From a virus (taxonomy: Duplodnaviria; Caudoviricetes): DNA of 45,823 nucleotides. Both the position numbers and the translations under genes were made by a program. How positions within the stretch are numbered: position 1 is the stretch's first letter; each line of letters begins with the position of its first letter. The notes beneath the pieces were generated by a model. That model was not told the origin of the DNA, made no database searches, and was given only the letters and a program-made list of their open reading frames with translations. Location: IMG/VR virus record IMGVR_UViG_3300022852_000153, positions 1 through 45,823 of that record; one strand, 5' to 3'. Positions 44,500 to 45,823 of this stretch are shown here, piece by piece.

Positions 44500-44742
44500 A
44501 TGGATACGTTTTTGAGCGCCGAAGAGATGGCAGAACTCACCGGCATCAAGACCGGTAAGCGCATCAAGGGCAAGACCGTTCACCGCGAGCAGTTGCAGGC
44601 CGAGTGCCTGCGCACGATGGGCATCCCGTTCTACCTGAACGCTCGCGGACGCCCGGTAGTCGTCCGAGCCAATATCATGGGCAGGCCAAGCGCAGAGCAA
44701 CCTAAGCCCGCCTGGCAGCCACGAGTTTTGAGAGCAGCCTGA
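44500..44742 (+). CDS. Excisionase-like protein (DUF4224-like)
   Basis: FLSAEEMAELTG...LRTMGIPFYLNARGRPVV; immediately upstream of the integrase. Confidence 0.8.
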   Translation: MDTFLSAEEMAELTGIKTGKRIKGKTVHREQLQAECLRTMGIPFYLNARGRPVVVRANIMGRPSAEQPKPAWQPRVLRAA

Positions 44743-44743
44743 T

Positions 44744-45823
44744 ATGGGCCGAAAACCTTATAAGCACAGCAACCTGCCGCCTCGAATGCGCGCCCGAAAG
44801 CAGAAGAGCGGCAGGATCTACTATTACTACGACATGGGCGGGCGCCCTCGTGTGGAAGTGCCGCTTGGGCCGGACTTGGTGGAAGCCGTCAGGAAATGGG
44901 CGGATCTGGAGCGAGATAACGTACCATCATCCGCCCCGGTGCCGACTTTCCGATATGCGGCAGAACGCTACATCCGTGATGTGTTGGTGACGAAAGCGCC
45001 TAGAACCCAGGCCGACAACATGAAGGAATTCGCGGTCCTGTACAAGTTCTTCGATGATCCGCCAGCTCCCCTAGATGTCATCAAACCGCAGATGGTCAAG
45101 CAGTACATGGCTTGGCGTAGCGATATCTCCCGGGCGTGGTACATAAAAAAGGGGCGTGAGATCCCACCAAACCCGGGCCACGTCCGAGCCAACCGGGAAA
45201 TCGCCCTATTCAGCCACGTGTTCAACTTTGCCAGGGAAGTTGGAATTACCGACGCGCCGAACCCTTGCGCAGGCGTCCGCAAGAACCGGGAATCCGGGCG
45301 GGACGTGTACGTAGAGGACGACGTGTTTAAGCGCGTTTGGGCGAAGGCAGACGGGCCTACCAGAGACGCCATGGATCTGGCCTATCTCACCGGCCAGCGC
45401 CCGGCCGACACCTTGAAGTTCGACGAGCGGGATATCCGGGATGGGATGCTTCACCTAGGCCAGAACAAGACCGGGAAGAAGCTGCGGATCAGCGTCGAAG
45501 GGGAATTAGCAAAGGTGATCGCCCGCATCCGCGCCCGCAAGGCCGGATACAAGGTGACGTCTACCGCGCTCGTTGTGAACGAGTCCGGGCAGCGTCTAGG
45601 GTATGACGCGCTGCGCCAGAGGTTCTATGCTGCGCGGGAAGATGCTGGAGTGCCGAAGGAGGGCTTTCAGTTCCGAGACCTCCGGGCAAAGGCAGGCACC
45701 GACACGGCTGAGTCGTCCGGCGATATCCGTCAGGCACAGCGCCAACTCGGGCACAAATCCATCCAGATGACCGAGCATTACGTGAGGGAGCGCAAGGGCG
45801 ATAAGGTCGGCCCTACCCGCTAA
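44744..45823 (+). CDS. int: Tyrosine recombinase (phage integrase)
   Basis: LTGQR, QNKTG, FRDLR, LGH and TEHY catalytic motifs; N-terminal NLPPRM...YYYYD arm-binding region. Confidence 0.95.
   Translation: MGRKPYKHSNLPPRMRARKQKSGRIYYYYDMGGRPRVEVPLGPDLVEAVRKWADLERDNVPSSAPVPTFRYAAERYIRDVLVTKAPRTQADNMKEFAVLYKFFDDPPAPLDVIKPQMVKQYMAWRSDISRAWYIKKGREIPPNPGHVRANREIALFSHVFNFAREVGITDAPNPCAGVRKNRESGRDVYVEDDVFKRVWAKADGPTRDAMDLAYLTGQRPADTLKFDERDIRDGMLHLGQNKTGKKLRISVEGELAKVIARIRARKAGYKVTSTALVVNESGQRLGYDALRQRFYAAREDAGVPKEGFQFRDLRAKAGTDTAESSGDIRQAQRQLGHKSIQMTEHYVRERKGDKVGPTR

Larger units (their letters stand above)
1..45823. mobile_element. Temperate siphovirus prophage (lambdoid organisation, HK97-type head, long non-contractile tail)
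   Basis: Full set of modules: lysis, tail, head, terminase, Q/late control, replication, cI/cro switch, recombination, xis/int. att sites not visible because the window ends at the Rz and int stop codons. Confidence 0.97.

Noticed and set aside
45670-45690. Integrase RDLR instead of HxLR as a sign of inactivation
   Set aside because: Substitution at this His is tolerated in many tyrosine recombinases; R, K, R, H and Y are present and the ORF is intact.
1-45823. attL/attR direct repeats
   Set aside because: The window stops at gene ends on both sides, so no flanking sequence is available.

Overview
The window is an essentially complete ~46 kb temperate siphovirus (lambdoid organisation, HK97-like head) prophage, running from the Rz stop codon to the integrase stop codon; att sites lie outside it. 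The high GC and the SSB sequence suggest a betaproteobacterial, probably Achromobacter/Bordetella-like, host (inference). The minus strand carries cro-cII-ninB-ref-O-P-phosphatase-rusA-Q, then HNH-terminase-head-tail-lysis genes. The plus strand carries cI, three envelope genes, the early pL-type operon (exonuclease, SSB, small genes, xis, int) and an OafA-type acetyltransferase moron. Most notable: (1) a Maf/sialyltransferase-like GT + GT9-like GT + SAM methyltransferase cassette coupled into the head-tail joining genes, a candidate virion glycosylation system; (2) tRNA-shaped non-coding elements in the early operon, two of which have covarying complementary loops and a competing 19-bp upstream hairpin; (3) repeated hairpin+RBS units bounding single-gene cassettes next to xis/int; (4) an unrecognised protein in the annealase slot. 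All product calls come from motif recognition and synteny; no database search was run.
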